Both the position numbers and the translations under genes were made by a program. A stretch of DNA of 64,000 nucleotides. Source: an uncultured virus (IMG/VR IMGVR_UViG_3300047319_001136). Lineage: Duplodnaviria > Heunggongvirae > Uroviricota > Caudoviricetes > Schitoviridae. Of the stretch, positions 1-8,509 are shown in pieces (positions within the stretch are counted from its first letter, which is position 1; every line of letters begins with the position of its first letter). The notes beneath the pieces were generated by a model, which worked only from the letters and a program-made list of their open reading frames with translations, made no database searches and was not told the origin of the DNA. The stretch is from the IMG/VR virus record IMGVR_UViG_3300047319_001136. The stretch is one strand, 5' to 3'.

Positions 1-1507
1 GCTTTTCCGCGTCGATACGGCTGTACGACAGCACGACGAGGTTGCGCAGATACGGCAGGTAGTGCTCCATCGGCAGCCGGGCAGCGTCCGTCACACGGGC
101 GACGCTTTCCACCTGACGCTTGAACGAATAGTCGTACTTGAGTGCCACGCCATGACCGTAGACGTATAGCCGGTCAGCACTCAGCAGCTCGGGGAGCTTT
201 TTCAGGAGGGGTGCCACGAGGCGGCGATGGAACCAGGAATCAGGATCATCGCCAGTCGTACGGCACTCCTTTCTGTAGGCATCCCGGAATGACTGCAGAA
301 GACCCAGTGGTCCCAGCTTGTGATCGATCAGCGTCTGGATCCGCTGCAGGATGTCGGCCTTGCGGAAGCCGTCATACTTCGGATACTGGATCGAACACAG
401 CCAGCTTGCTGCGCGGCTGATCTCAGTCATGTAGTCACTGATATGTGCCGCATTCTGACGTGCGAACGGGATCTCTTCCTTCGGACTGAATATCATGCCC
501 GTCTTGCCCTTCACGACAGCCTGGGCAATGCTCTCGCGCATCACATTGAACGACGAGGCCTCGAGCTCACCCTCCATGCGCTTCACGAATGCATCAAAGA
601 TCTGCGTGAGCGTCCTGACCGTGTGTTCCTGCATCGACAGCGATTCACGGCTGGGCGTAACGCTGATCGAATGCGGCGGTGCCTGGAACACGATCCTGTA
701 CGTGTCGTTACGCAGGCGAGCCAGGAAACTGCAGATCTTCTCGTAGTTGGCGTGAAAGTCAGGATGGCGGTCGACCGGATAGATCACATTGCCGTAGCGG
801 ACATAGATACGGGAGACGTGGTTGTCGTACACCACAGTCTTCGTGATCAGGAAGTCATGCTTCATGGTCGAGAACGGGATGGTCTCGACCTGCTTGCCGT
901 TGAGCATCACGTTCATCTCGCCGTTACGGGCGATCCGCTCGACCAGACGGTGAAACAGGTGACGGTCGTTGCTTTCCTTCAGGTCCAGCGAGACGGTGAT
1001 ACCGCTCTCGGTGCTGGCCGGGAAGGTGGCGATCGGCTTGATACCGGGCTTGCCGCCGACCTGGGCCGAGGACCGGCTCATCGCATAGATGGTCTTCTCA
1101 CCCCCGTTGATGGACGTCACCTCGAAGTGATCGGTGTAGGCGAACGGTGCCTTGCAACCGAGACCAAAACCACCGGTCTGCTTGCCGTCATGCTGCTTGG
1201 TCGAGTTGCCATAGGTGCCGTAGATCGGCCCGATCTTGTCCTTCGGAATGCCATAGCCAAAGTCCTGCACCGTGAACTTGTCGGCGTTGATGGTGACGAT
1301 GACAGCACGGTCGGTGATGCCGGCGTCAACATGCGCATCCCACGCGTTACACAGCACTTCGCGCACCACTGCCAGCTTCTGGTCGGTGTACAGCGTCGAG
1401 GACAGGATGTTGAAGAACTCCGCACTGTTGGAGATACCGAACTCGATGTTGGCGTCCCCGCCAATAACGGCGTGAGTGACGTGGTCCTGCACGTGTGAGA
1501 CTTGCAT
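1..1507 (-). CDS. rIIA: rIIA-like protein with N-terminal GHKL/HATPase domain (partial, runs off the left edge)
   Basis: Not in the ORF track; translated by hand from ATG at 1507: MQVSHVQDHVTHAVIGG...LSSTLYTDQKLAVVREVLCNAWDAH...VQDFGYGI...GGFGLGCKAPFAYTD. These are GHKL motifs typical of rIIA, and N4-like phages carry rIIA in the middle region. Confidence 0.85.
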   Translation of the reverse strand, partial: MQVSHVQDHVTHAVIGGDANIEFGISNSAEFFNILSSTLYTDQKLAVVREVLCNAWDAHVDAGITDRAVIVTINADKFTVQDFGYGIPKDKIGPIYGTYGNSTKQHDGKQTGGFGLGCKAPFAYTDHFEVTSINGGEKTIYAMSRSSAQVGGKPGIKPIATFPASTESGITVSLDLKESNDRHLFHRLVERIARNGEMNVMLNGKQVETIPFSTMKHDFLITKTVVYDNHVSRIYVRYGNVIYPVDRHPDFHANYEKICSFLARLRNDTYRIVFQAPPHSISVTPSRESLSMQEHTVRTLTQIFDAFVKRMEGELEASSFNVMRESIAQAVVKGKTGMIFSPKEEIPFARQNAAHISDYMTEISRAASWLCSIQYPKYDGFRKADILQRIQTLIDHKLGPLGLLQSFRDAYRKECRTTGDDPDSWFHRRLVAPLLKKLPELLSADRLYVYGHGVALKYDYSFKRQVESVARVTDAARLPMEHYLPYLRNLVVLSYSRIDAEK

Positions 1508-1509
1508 GG

Positions 1510-1806
1510 TTATTTTTTGAGTGGTGTGAAGTTAAACCGGGCCACCTCGGATTTCAGGTGGTCTGCGTAGTCGGCATCGACGATCCAGCTGTCAGGCCAG
1601 GCAGCAAAACCGCACTTGTCTTCAAAGTGCGGATGGGGAGCCAGTCCGTAATGTGGGAATGGCGGTGCCTGCCCATTCATGGGCAGCAGGATCAGGCCAT
1701 GCATGGCCATGCCCAGGATGAAATCGTTATTCCAGTTGGCTCCATCGCCCTTCGGGATATTCAGCACGACATCCAGTGCCTTGCGGTAATCCTTCTCAGA
1801 CAGCAT
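1510..1806 (-). CDS. hypothetical protein (98 aa)
   Basis: ORF abuts the rIIA start; GAGG Shine-Dalgarno upstream. Confidence 0.7.
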   Translation of the reverse strand: MLSEKDYRKALDVVLNIPKGDGANWNNDFILGMAMHGLILLPMNGQAPPFPHYGLAPHPHFEDKCGFAAWPDSWIVDADYADHLKSEVARFNFTPLKK

Positions 1807-1838
1807 GGTGACCTCAAAGATATGTCTATGTAAAGAAC

Positions 1839-1870
1839 AAAAAAGAGGGGTGACCGGCTAGATCACCCCT
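1839..1870 (-). terminator. rho-independent terminator
   Basis: Stem AGGGGTGA/TCACCCCT followed by T6 on the minus strand. Confidence 0.8.
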
Positions 1871-1920
1871 AACACACGCTACTCTTCAGGGAAGCTACCC
1901 CCACAAACACACTGCAAAGT
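1839..1920 (-). ncRNA. candidate ~80-nt small RNA
   Basis: TTGACA (1953-1948), 19-bp spacer, TAGAAT (1928-1923), then about 80 nt with no ORF, ending in the terminator. Confidence 0.4.
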
Positions 1921-1953
1921 TGATTCTAACGTTAACCAGCCGGCCTGTGTCAA

Positions 1954-2292
1954 TCAGGGCTGGCGCATCAGCTGGATGAAGTGACCGGCGTGATAGCCCT
2001 GGCGCTGGGCCTGTCTGGCCCGCACGAGTGCCTTGTGGTTGCACCGGTAGCGTCTGGAGCGATCGGCGTCGGTGGTTTTGGGTGGACGTTTCCTGTCCGT
2101 ACCGGCACCGGCCCGCCAGACCGGGACCGTGTGTGTCTTCCAGTCTACGATGTAGACGAGCCGGTCCCGGTGCAGGCGTTCAAGCACGCTTTTGATATTC
2201 CTGACTGTGCAGATCCGGATGGCAAGGCCGAGCTGGGTAGCCGTCATGTTTTCACCCTCGAGCTCCGCGAGGATGCGTTCACGCGTCTTCAC
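1954..2292 (-). CDS. helix-turn-helix DNA-binding protein (112 aa)
   Basis: N-terminal ILAELEGENMTATQLGLAI...VRNIKSVLERL winged-HTH pattern; basic C-terminus. Confidence 0.6.
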   Translation of the reverse strand: MKTRERILAELEGENMTATQLGLAIRICTVRNIKSVLERLHRDRLVYIVDWKTHTVPVWRAGAGTDRKRPPKTTDADRSRRYRCNHKALVRARQAQRQGYHAGHFIQLMRQP

Positions 2293-2762
2293 TGGTATTT
2301 CTCCTGCAGCGCCTTCAGGTTGCGCATCGTGAAATCGTAGCCGCCTACGAAGCGCTCGACTTTCTCGTACATTACAGCCTGCTGCCTGCGGGTTGAGACA
2401 TCCTGCAGATCATCGGCCAGGTTCAGTGCTGCCTTGATGTCCTGCAGTTCATCCCCGGAGCAGCCCCATCTGTCCAGCTTTCTGGCCCGGTCACCGACGC
2501 AAACCAGACTGTTGATTGCCTTCTTGAAAATGGCGTCAAGCGGGGTGCGGCCGTCATCCTCGACGTAGCAGACAAGTGTGGTCCCGATGATCACCCGCAG
2601 AACCAGGGTGAGGAATACATTCTCGTCACCGCGGCCTTCGGTGAGTGCCATCAGGTAGCCATGCGGGATCAGCTTCAGCTGGGTCTCAGCAGCCTGGTTG
2701 TGACGGTAGATGGCTGGCAGCTTGACCGGCCGTTTGACCGGTCGATGAAAATGGGTACGCAC
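2289..2762 (-). CDS. hypothetical phage protein (157 aa)
   Basis: Overlapping start/stop with neighbours in the minus-strand operon. Confidence 0.75.
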   Translation of the reverse strand: MRTHFHRPVKRPVKLPAIYRHNQAAETQLKLIPHGYLMALTEGRGDENVFLTLVLRVIIGTTLVCYVEDDGRTPLDAIFKKAINSLVCVGDRARKLDRWGCSGDELQDIKAALNLADDLQDVSTRRQQAVMYEKVERFVGGYDFTMRNLKALQEKYQ

Positions 2763-2763
2763 T

Positions 2764-3750
2764 TTACTTGTCTCCGCTTGCGGATTGAGCGGCGGTCAGG
2801 GCGTCTAGCGTATCGTTGATGGCTTGAGAGGCAGCGGATCGGAACGTCGCATGCGGCTTCAGTCGCTCGCACTGCGCGTGAACGCGTTCAGCAATCTCCC
2901 ACTTCTGCGCATCAGCGAGCGCTGTCTGTGCTGGCGGGTCGGCACAGATCGGGCTGCGAAGCGCCCACAGGAACATGCAGAAGTTCGCAACGTCGCGCGG
3001 GTCGCCTTTCTCGACGTGCTCTCCCAGCATCCTTGACAAATCAGCCGGGTCGCAATCCTGCCAGCCGCCACGGCCTTTTGCGCGCGCGTTCTCGAGTTTC
3101 GCCTTCATTTCCTTGGCGAACAAATCTACCCACCAATCGTCAAGATGGACTAGCTCCGCACCCTGCGCCACATTGGCGGAAGTTGATGCGGCGCGGGATT
3201 GATGCGCGTAGCTATGGTTGATTTGTTCGGCTTTTTTAACCAATTCCGTCGGATCACCAGAACGATCGATTTCCACGTCTGCGACAAATAGACGAGTCCA
3301 AGGCCCAGTAGTGACACCTGTGATAGGAGGATCAGTTCTAACCGTAGCGATAACTGCCCCGCGCTCGTCCTGCTCGACCGATGGCGCGGCAGGGGATGCG
3401 GCGAGCATGGCTCTCCACACTTCGCACGCTTTGGCGAAGCCGATCACCTCGACTCGATCTGCATCATTGCTGGATGGCGACGAAAAGAGCCGCTCGCCAC
3501 GCGGCAGAAGCCCACCAGCCCCCGCCATGCCGCCGACCGGTTCAACCGGCACCAGCTTCCACCCTTCAGGCGCGGCAGGCTGGCGGGCGAGCAACGCGCG
3601 GAGATCATCGACCGTGATGGTGACGACTGTGCCGGGGCTGTCCTGTACCGTGGCGACTGTCTGTCCGACGCCGTTCATTTCCCATGCTTCGAGAAAGTAC
3701 GTGATCTTTTCCATCATATCTGCTCCGAGCTTGCTGGTAGTGGCGGTCAT
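2764..3750 (-). CDS. mosaic hypothetical phage protein (328 aa)
   Basis: In operon; contains modules PEGWKLVPVEP and MKAKLENARAKGRGGW...HVEKGDPRDVANF of the kind seen in temperate-phage accessory genes. Confidence 0.7.
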   Translation of the reverse strand: MTATTSKLGADMMEKITYFLEAWEMNGVGQTVATVQDSPGTVVTITVDDLRALLARQPAAPEGWKLVPVEPVGGMAGAGGLLPRGERLFSSPSSNDADRVEVIGFAKACEVWRAMLAASPAAPSVEQDERGAVIATVRTDPPITGVTTGPWTRLFVADVEIDRSGDPTELVKKAEQINHSYAHQSRAASTSANVAQGAELVHLDDWWVDLFAKEMKAKLENARAKGRGGWQDCDPADLSRMLGEHVEKGDPRDVANFCMFLWALRSPICADPPAQTALADAQKWEIAERVHAQCERLKPHATFRSAASQAINDTLDALTAAQSASGDK

Positions 3751-4085
3751 CAGAATCTCCGTTTGCCCTGGTAGAACGCGAGTTTGGCTTTCGCCCGTTC
3801 GGTCTTCTTGCTTGCCTTGGCTCCATTCTTTGCCTTCGGCTCTTCTGGCTCCTGAACCAGGGGAGACTCGATGAAGCGGAACCGATCGATGCGACCGATC
3901 TCCATCTCCATCTCCAGCAGCTTCGGGGGTGGCTCGGTGTAGATGTCATCGATGATCATCATCTGGATCTCTCCGTTGTCCATCCAGATCTTGCGTGCAA
4001 AGCAGACCGAGGTGAGATCGACGTGGGCACCGAAGTCCACGCCGAGCACGAGATCGCTGAGGCTGACGAATTCGCTGAACTTCAT
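3750..4085 (-). CDS. hypothetical protein (111 aa; start moved to ATG 4085)
   Basis: MKFSEFVSLS...; start overlaps the upstream gene stop. Confidence 0.6.
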   Translation of the reverse strand: MKFSEFVSLSDLVLGVDFGAHVDLTSVCFARKIWMDNGEIQMMIIDDIYTEPPPKLLEMEMEIGRIDRFRFIESPLVQEPEEPKAKNGAKASKKTERAKAKLAFYQGKRRF

Positions 4086-4330
4086 TCGTCCACCAGCTTG
4101 CAGTCTGTGACGAGATGCTGCTCGTTGTTCTCGTCGACAACCCATAGCACACCAGCCTCGTTTGTCTCGGTGTATTGGTCGTCCCACCACACTTCGGTTC
4201 CCGTACCGTCATACTCGGGCTCGAGCTTCCCGTTCGCATCGACAGTCCAGCCCTGCACGCCGGCAACACCTGGGATTTTGTCGAACGTGCCAACGATCTT
4301 CCGTCCGTTCGGTGCAATCATCTGTTTCAT
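4082..4330 (-). CDS. hypothetical protein (82 aa)
   Basis: Compact operon gene. Confidence 0.7.
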   Translation of the reverse strand: MKQMIAPNGRKIVGTFDKIPGVAGVQGWTVDANGKLEPEYDGTGTEVWWDDQYTETNEAGVLWVVDENNEQHLVTDCKLVDE

Positions 4331-4345
4331 GGTCCGCTACCTGTC

Positions 4346-4522
4346 TCAGTAGTTGCCGCGGGCAGGACGAACTTCCACCTTCATGTGGTAGTTGCCCATT
4401 GCAAGCGGTGTATTGGGAACGAGTTCGACGGTGATCACGAGGTTGTACTCGGTCGCCGTATTGATTGCGTTCTCGATGGTGTTGGCCAGTGCCCAGGCCA
4501 TGATCTGTTGATCGAGCGTCAT
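4346..4522 (-). CDS. hypothetical protein (58 aa, MTLDQQIMAW...)
   Basis: ATG overlaps the stop of the upstream gene. Confidence 0.6.
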   Translation of the reverse strand: MTLDQQIMAWALANTIENAINTATEYNLVITVELVPNTPLAMGNYHMKVEVRPARGNY

Positions 4523-4986
4523 ACTGCCACCGCTTCCGGTTGTTCCTGCTGGGCGACCTCGATCATCATGTGGTGGATCGGGCACTTGCCGTCGGCTGTG
4601 TATTCGCCATACCAGCACAGGTAGGCGACGCCACCATTGATGCGCTTCCACATCTTGCCGGGATACACACCCGACGGGAACGTGGTGTCGTACTGGCTGA
4701 GCTTCCTGAAGTCCTCGGCACACAGGTGCGCCTTTCCGTCACGGATGAAAATGTACTGACGGTCCGGCTGCGACCAGTGCTTACCCAGCGGATCGGTCAT
4801 CTCCGGGATTACGTCCTTGCCATTCATCGGTTTGGCCGTGCCGGCGACAGCGTCCTGACGGCGGATCTCTTCACGCATGGCGCGCACACGATGCAGGTAA
4901 CCGGCTTCGCTGAACTGCACACCCTTTACCAGGCCGTGGGTCTTCAGGAATTCTTCGACTTCATCCAGCAGTTGATCCTGGTTCAT
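4519..4986 (-). CDS. hypothetical protein (MNQDQLLDEV...)
   Basis: GAGGAG Shine-Dalgarno before ATG at 4986. Confidence 0.7.
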   Translation of the reverse strand: MNQDQLLDEVEEFLKTHGLVKGVQFSEAGYLHRVRAMREEIRRQDAVAGTAKPMNGKDVIPEMTDPLGKHWSQPDRQYIFIRDGKAHLCAEDFRKLSQYDTTFPSGVYPGKMWKRINGGVAYLCWYGEYTADGKCPIHHMMIEVAQQEQPEAVAV

Positions 4987-5010
4987 AAACTCTCCTCGTA
5001 TACAAATGGA

Positions 5011-5041
5011 AAAGGGCGAAGACTTGTGGTCTTCGCCCTTT
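5011..5041. terminator. terminator hairpin, probably bidirectional
   Basis: Perfect 13-bp inverted repeat AAAGGGCGAAGAC/GTCTTCGCCCTTT with a 5-nt loop. Confidence 0.8.
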
Positions 5042-5124
5042 AGGGGATGGATATCTGAAAGTGCTCCGGGTACCTCCCAAAACACTTCCGGCTACCCATG
5101 TGCAGTTACTGGTTCAGGTCTGCC

Positions 5125-5259
5125 CTAGCCATATTCGTCCTGTTCGGGTCTCTCCCGAGATTGCGATGGGGATACAGGACGTACACGGCCCACTGCACGA
5201 GGCCAGTGTTCTTTCAGGAGGGCACAGACCGCAACCAGCAGCAATAGCGCTGGATACAT
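5125..5259 (-). CDS. 44-aa peptide with hydrophobic N-terminus (candidate type I toxin or small membrane peptide)
   Basis: AAGGAGG Shine-Dalgarno, then MYPALLLLVAVCALLKEHWPRAVGRVRPVSPSQSRERPEQDEYG; below the ORF-track size cutoff. Confidence 0.5.
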   Translation of the reverse strand: MYPALLLLVAVCALLKEHWPRAVGRVRPVSPSQSRERPEQDEYG

Positions 5260-5284
5260 CTTGCCTCCTTCAAAGTTAGTTCTA

Positions 5285-5313
5285 ATTGTGGTCTACCTCA
5301 CACTACGTGTCAA
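5285..5313 (-). promoter_or_regulatory. sigma70-type promoter
   Basis: TTGACA (5313-5308), 17-bp spacer, CACAAT (5290-5285). The -35 is one half of a TGTCAA-N7-TTGACA palindrome (5308-5326). Confidence 0.55.
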
Positions 5314-5350
5314 CAGGTTATTGACAGGCAGACACCCAAACAAAACACGC

Positions 5351-5548
5351 TTATTTTCCCGCGAAGAGATCAATGGCGCTCTCGTCTACGCCTTCGAACT
5401 CACCGTACCTTTGGCGGAACTGCGTCAGCACAGCTTCCATCTTGTGACGGCAATCGCCGCATAGGTATCTATACCGGGTGTCGATAAGACCCCAGGCATT
5501 CGGCTGGCCGCATTCCTTACACAGAGGCAATGGCTGCGACGGGTTCAT
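5351..5548 (-). CDS. small zinc-finger-like protein (65 aa)
   Basis: CKEC...CGDC cysteine pairs. Confidence 0.5.
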   Translation of the reverse strand: MNPSQPLPLCKECGQPNAWGLIDTRYRYLCGDCRHKMEAVLTQFRQRYGEFEGVDESAIDLFAGK

Positions 5549-6041
5549 TAGCCTGGTCCTGGTATTTGCCGGTGTAGCTCGCTGACTCCGTGATCTGGTG
5601 AAAGATCACCTGGGCAATGCCCGCACCGGCCGGGATGACGAGGATGTCGCTGCCGTGGTAGACGAGCTCGAGCGTCAGGTACCCCTTCCATCCGCTTTCG
5701 ATGACCGTGTTGAATACAGACAGCCCACGCCGTGCCCAGGTCGACTTGTCGTGCACGATGCCAATCATGTGATCTGGCAGGCGGAACTCTTCGATGGCCG
5801 AAGCCAGCGTGAAGCGTCCTTCCGTCTTGATGTAACTCTGCACCTGCCCGAGGGTATTGCGCTCGATCATCATCACATGACGATCACCGCGGTAATCCCG
5901 GTCGAAGCGGATTTCCTGCTTGATACGGATGTCATAGCCCGCTTCGCTCAGGCCGTAGCTCACGCCATGGGCCTTGTGCTTGCCGTAGAACATGTCTGCA
6001 ATCGGGGCTGCTGCGAGCAGCCGGTTGCCATTGATGACCAT
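5517..6041 (-). CDS. dcd: dCTP deaminase (N4 gp26-like)
   Basis: SYGLSEAGYDIRI, DKSTWARRGL, VIESGWKGYLTLEL, GIAQVIF and Y.GKYQDQ motifs. Confidence 0.92.
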   Translation of the reverse strand: MVINGNRLLAAAPIADMFYGKHKAHGVSYGLSEAGYDIRIKQEIRFDRDYRGDRHVMMIERNTLGQVQSYIKTEGRFTLASAIEEFRLPDHMIGIVHDKSTWARRGLSVFNTVIESGWKGYLTLELVYHGSDILVIPAGAGIAQVIFHQITESASYTGKYQDQANEPVAAIASV

Positions 6042-6044
6042 CTG

Positions 6045-7217
6045 CTATCCCCGTATGTTGATGACTTCACCGAACGCAGGCTTGTGCCCGCCCGTGCCCG
6101 TGACAATCCAGATCACGGGGATGTCCAGGTCGAGCGGCAGCATGGCCTTGCACTGCATGTCGGTGAAGATGATAGCAGCGGTCGGTTGTTCCTCCAACAT
6201 ATCTCTACGGACACACTCGAGCGAGGTACCACCCCGACCGACGACCACCAGCTTGTCGAAGGTGTCATCCGGCCCGAATACGTCGATTTTCTGGATCCGG
6301 GTGTCGAACTGGACCATTGACAGCTTCTCCGGATTGAACGTTTCTTTCACAAACTTGAGTTCGGAATTGAAACGCACGACATCCGCATCCGAGATCGATC
6401 CGGACACGTCCAGATAGTAGCGCAGGTTCTCCAGCCGGCCGTCATCGGTGAAGCGGCTCGGCAGGTACATGTCGGTACCACCCAGATAGCGGCGGTTCGG
6501 CCGTGCCCACGTGTAGTTCTCGTCGAGCAGCTGCGTGAAGAACCGGTTGAGCACCGTCTGCCAGGGAATGACGGGGGCCAGGAAATGGTCGAGGATCGAC
6601 TCGATGGCGCCCGGTACATTGCCGGCACCGGCGAGTTTTGCCTGGTGCACGGCAGTAACCACCTTGTTGATGACGGTATGCTTTTCCTCCGGCTTCAGTG
6701 GAATGATGTCGTAGCCGCCTTTTCCATTGAAGGCACCGGGGAACGACCCACCTCCGCCATTCTTCTGCAGCAGGTCGTAGACGTCCTCTTCGGCCATGCC
6801 GTCGTACTGGGGGTCGAGAAGGCCCCCAATGCCATCGAAGGAATAGGACTTGCTGCCGTTATTTTCGACTTCCTTGTCGAGATCATTGTTGATGATGTAA
6901 TCGCAGGCGTAGTTCCACACATCCGGGCAGCGGTCCCCGAGTCGCAACATGTGCAGCCGGGCTACGTGCCAGAGCTCATGCATGAGGACGGTCTTACGCG
7001 CTTCAGGTGTCATGCCCAGGAACCAGGTGGGATTCCACCAGAGGTCGATGCCGTTGGTGGCAGCGGTCGGGATCTCCTGGGTCCACACGAAGTTCAGCGA
7101 ACACATGATGGAGCCAAGGAAGGCAGCAGTCTTGCCGAGGAACACCGCCGACTTGCAGCGGTCCAGTTCCCGGTTCAGATGCTGCATGTCGAACTTGCTG
7201 GTGTCGGCGGGTTGCAT
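6045..7217 (-). CDS. metallopeptidase-like / vWA domain protein (N4 gp25-like)
   Basis: HELWH (HExxH), WNYACDYIIN, MIDAS-like DVSGS and GRGGT motifs; lies next to an AAA ATPase. Confidence 0.88.
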   Translation of the reverse strand: MQPADTSKFDMQHLNRELDRCKSAVFLGKTAAFLGSIMCSLNFVWTQEIPTAATNGIDLWWNPTWFLGMTPEARKTVLMHELWHVARLHMLRLGDRCPDVWNYACDYIINNDLDKEVENNGSKSYSFDGIGGLLDPQYDGMAEEDVYDLLQKNGGGGSFPGAFNGKGGYDIIPLKPEEKHTVINKVVTAVHQAKLAGAGNVPGAIESILDHFLAPVIPWQTVLNRFFTQLLDENYTWARPNRRYLGGTDMYLPSRFTDDGRLENLRYYLDVSGSISDADVVRFNSELKFVKETFNPEKLSMVQFDTRIQKIDVFGPDDTFDKLVVVGRGGTSLECVRRDMLEEQPTAAIIFTDMQCKAMLPLDLDIPVIWIVTGTGGHKPAFGEVINIRG

Positions 7218-7219
7218 GA

Positions 7220-7447
7220 TCAGGCCAGCTCCATCGTATGGTCGACAACCACATTGCGGCCTTCACCCAGCTCGTGCAGGTTGACGGCGAGCAGGCCTGC
7301 ATCCCGCTTCTTCGGCTTGAAGTGCTCGATGGCACGCTGCTTGGCTTCATAGAGCGAACGGGCGTAGACCACCACACCCTGCCCCTTGAAGTGGCTGAGG
7401 TAGGTATGGTCGATCGGACCCTTGGTGTTGATGAAAGTGGTGCTCAT
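7220..7447 (-). CDS. hypothetical protein (75 aa)
   Basis: Fills the gap between the AAA and vWA genes. Confidence 0.65.
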   Translation of the reverse strand: MSTTFINTKGPIDHTYLSHFKGQGVVVYARSLYEAKQRAIEHFKPKKRDAGLLAVNLHELGEGRNVVVDHTMELA

Positions 7448-7461
7448 GTGTTTTCCCTGGC

Positions 7462-8502
7462 TCAGCCGTTGAGGTACTTGCTCAGTGCGCCCATGGCCGT
7501 GCGGAATGCCGGATGGTTGCGCAGGTGCGGCTGCTGGACCATCACCGCACGGAAGAACAGGATCCGGAACGAGAGGTCGAAGCGGCTGGCGTAAGTGGCC
7601 AGCGGATCGAAGTTCAGCTCATCCACGCCTTCCATCAGGTGGGAGATCGTGGCCCACTTCGAGTTGTTATCGGTGGGCACCGGCGTGCCATGCGGATCAC
7701 GGATCACCTGGTCGATCTTCACGATGTTCTGGTAGACCTGGGTGAAGGTGATGAAGTCGACGGCCACGCCGGAGGTCAGGGTGCCCGCGTAGAGCGGTGC
7801 CTTGGCTTCGGTAACAGGCTGGTCCTTGATCAGACGGTTCATGAACTCCCACGTGCGGGGGCAGCAGAACGTCTTCTCGTTGTGGTCCGGCCGGAAGTCC
7901 ATGAGCTTGCTCGGATACTGCGACAGGTACGCAATGATGCGGCTGTCGTACTTCTCCTTGAGCGCCACGTCATACAGCCATTCCTCGAACACGACGTCGA
8001 GCTCGAGGTGGATCACCCGGGACTGCATGGCGGTGGACAGGTTGTTGACGATGGCCCGGTCGGTGGCCAGGTTGCCGGCTGCCGTGATCACACACTGCTC
8101 GTGCAGATGGTACTGGCCGACCATGCGATCGAGGATCAGCTTGTAGGCGGCGGCCTGTACGGTCTTGGCCGAGGAGTTGAACTCGTCCAGAAAGAGCATC
8201 CAGCCTTCCTTGCCCTTGGGCACGGCGCTGCTCTTCAGTGGAAAGAGATCGGCGAACGGAGCGAAGCGGGCCTGACCGTTCTCGTCGAACCGGGGCAGGC
8301 CGGACAGATCTTCGGGAGCCGAGGTGGAGAGCCGGTGATCGATCATCTGCAGATGCAGATCGTTCGCTACCAGATTCATGATGCTGGACTTGCCCACGCC
8401 CGGTGAGGACTGTACGAACGGGACAAGATTTGCGTAGAGTGCGTCGGTGATGAAGCCGCGGAGTTGACGGGGTGTACAGCGATACAGGTTCGTGTCGGAC
8501 AT
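7462..8502 (-). CDS. MoxR-like AAA+ ATPase (N4 gp24-like)
   Basis: Walker A SSPGVGKS, Walker B LFLDEFN, AAGN and CPRTW motifs. Confidence 0.9.
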   Translation of the reverse strand: MSDTNLYRCTPRQLRGFITDALYANLVPFVQSSPGVGKSSIMNLVANDLHLQMIDHRLSTSAPEDLSGLPRFDENGQARFAPFADLFPLKSSAVPKGKEGWMLFLDEFNSSAKTVQAAAYKLILDRMVGQYHLHEQCVITAAGNLATDRAIVNNLSTAMQSRVIHLELDVVFEEWLYDVALKEKYDSRIIAYLSQYPSKLMDFRPDHNEKTFCCPRTWEFMNRLIKDQPVTEAKAPLYAGTLTSGVAVDFITFTQVYQNIVKIDQVIRDPHGTPVPTDNNSKWATISHLMEGVDELNFDPLATYASRFDLSFRILFFRAVMVQQPHLRNHPAFRTAMGALSKYLNG

Positions 8503-8509
8503 TATGGTT

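Noticed and set aside
320..1498. 392-aa plus-strand ORF
   Set aside because: Antisense shadow of the rIIA-like gene, which has clear GHKL motifs on the minus strand.
5041..5270. 6S RNA mimic
   Set aside because: The fold is partly rod-like, but I could not identify a central bubble or conserved 6S motifs; a strong Shine-Dalgarno plus ORF favours the small-peptide reading. An Rfam search would settle it.
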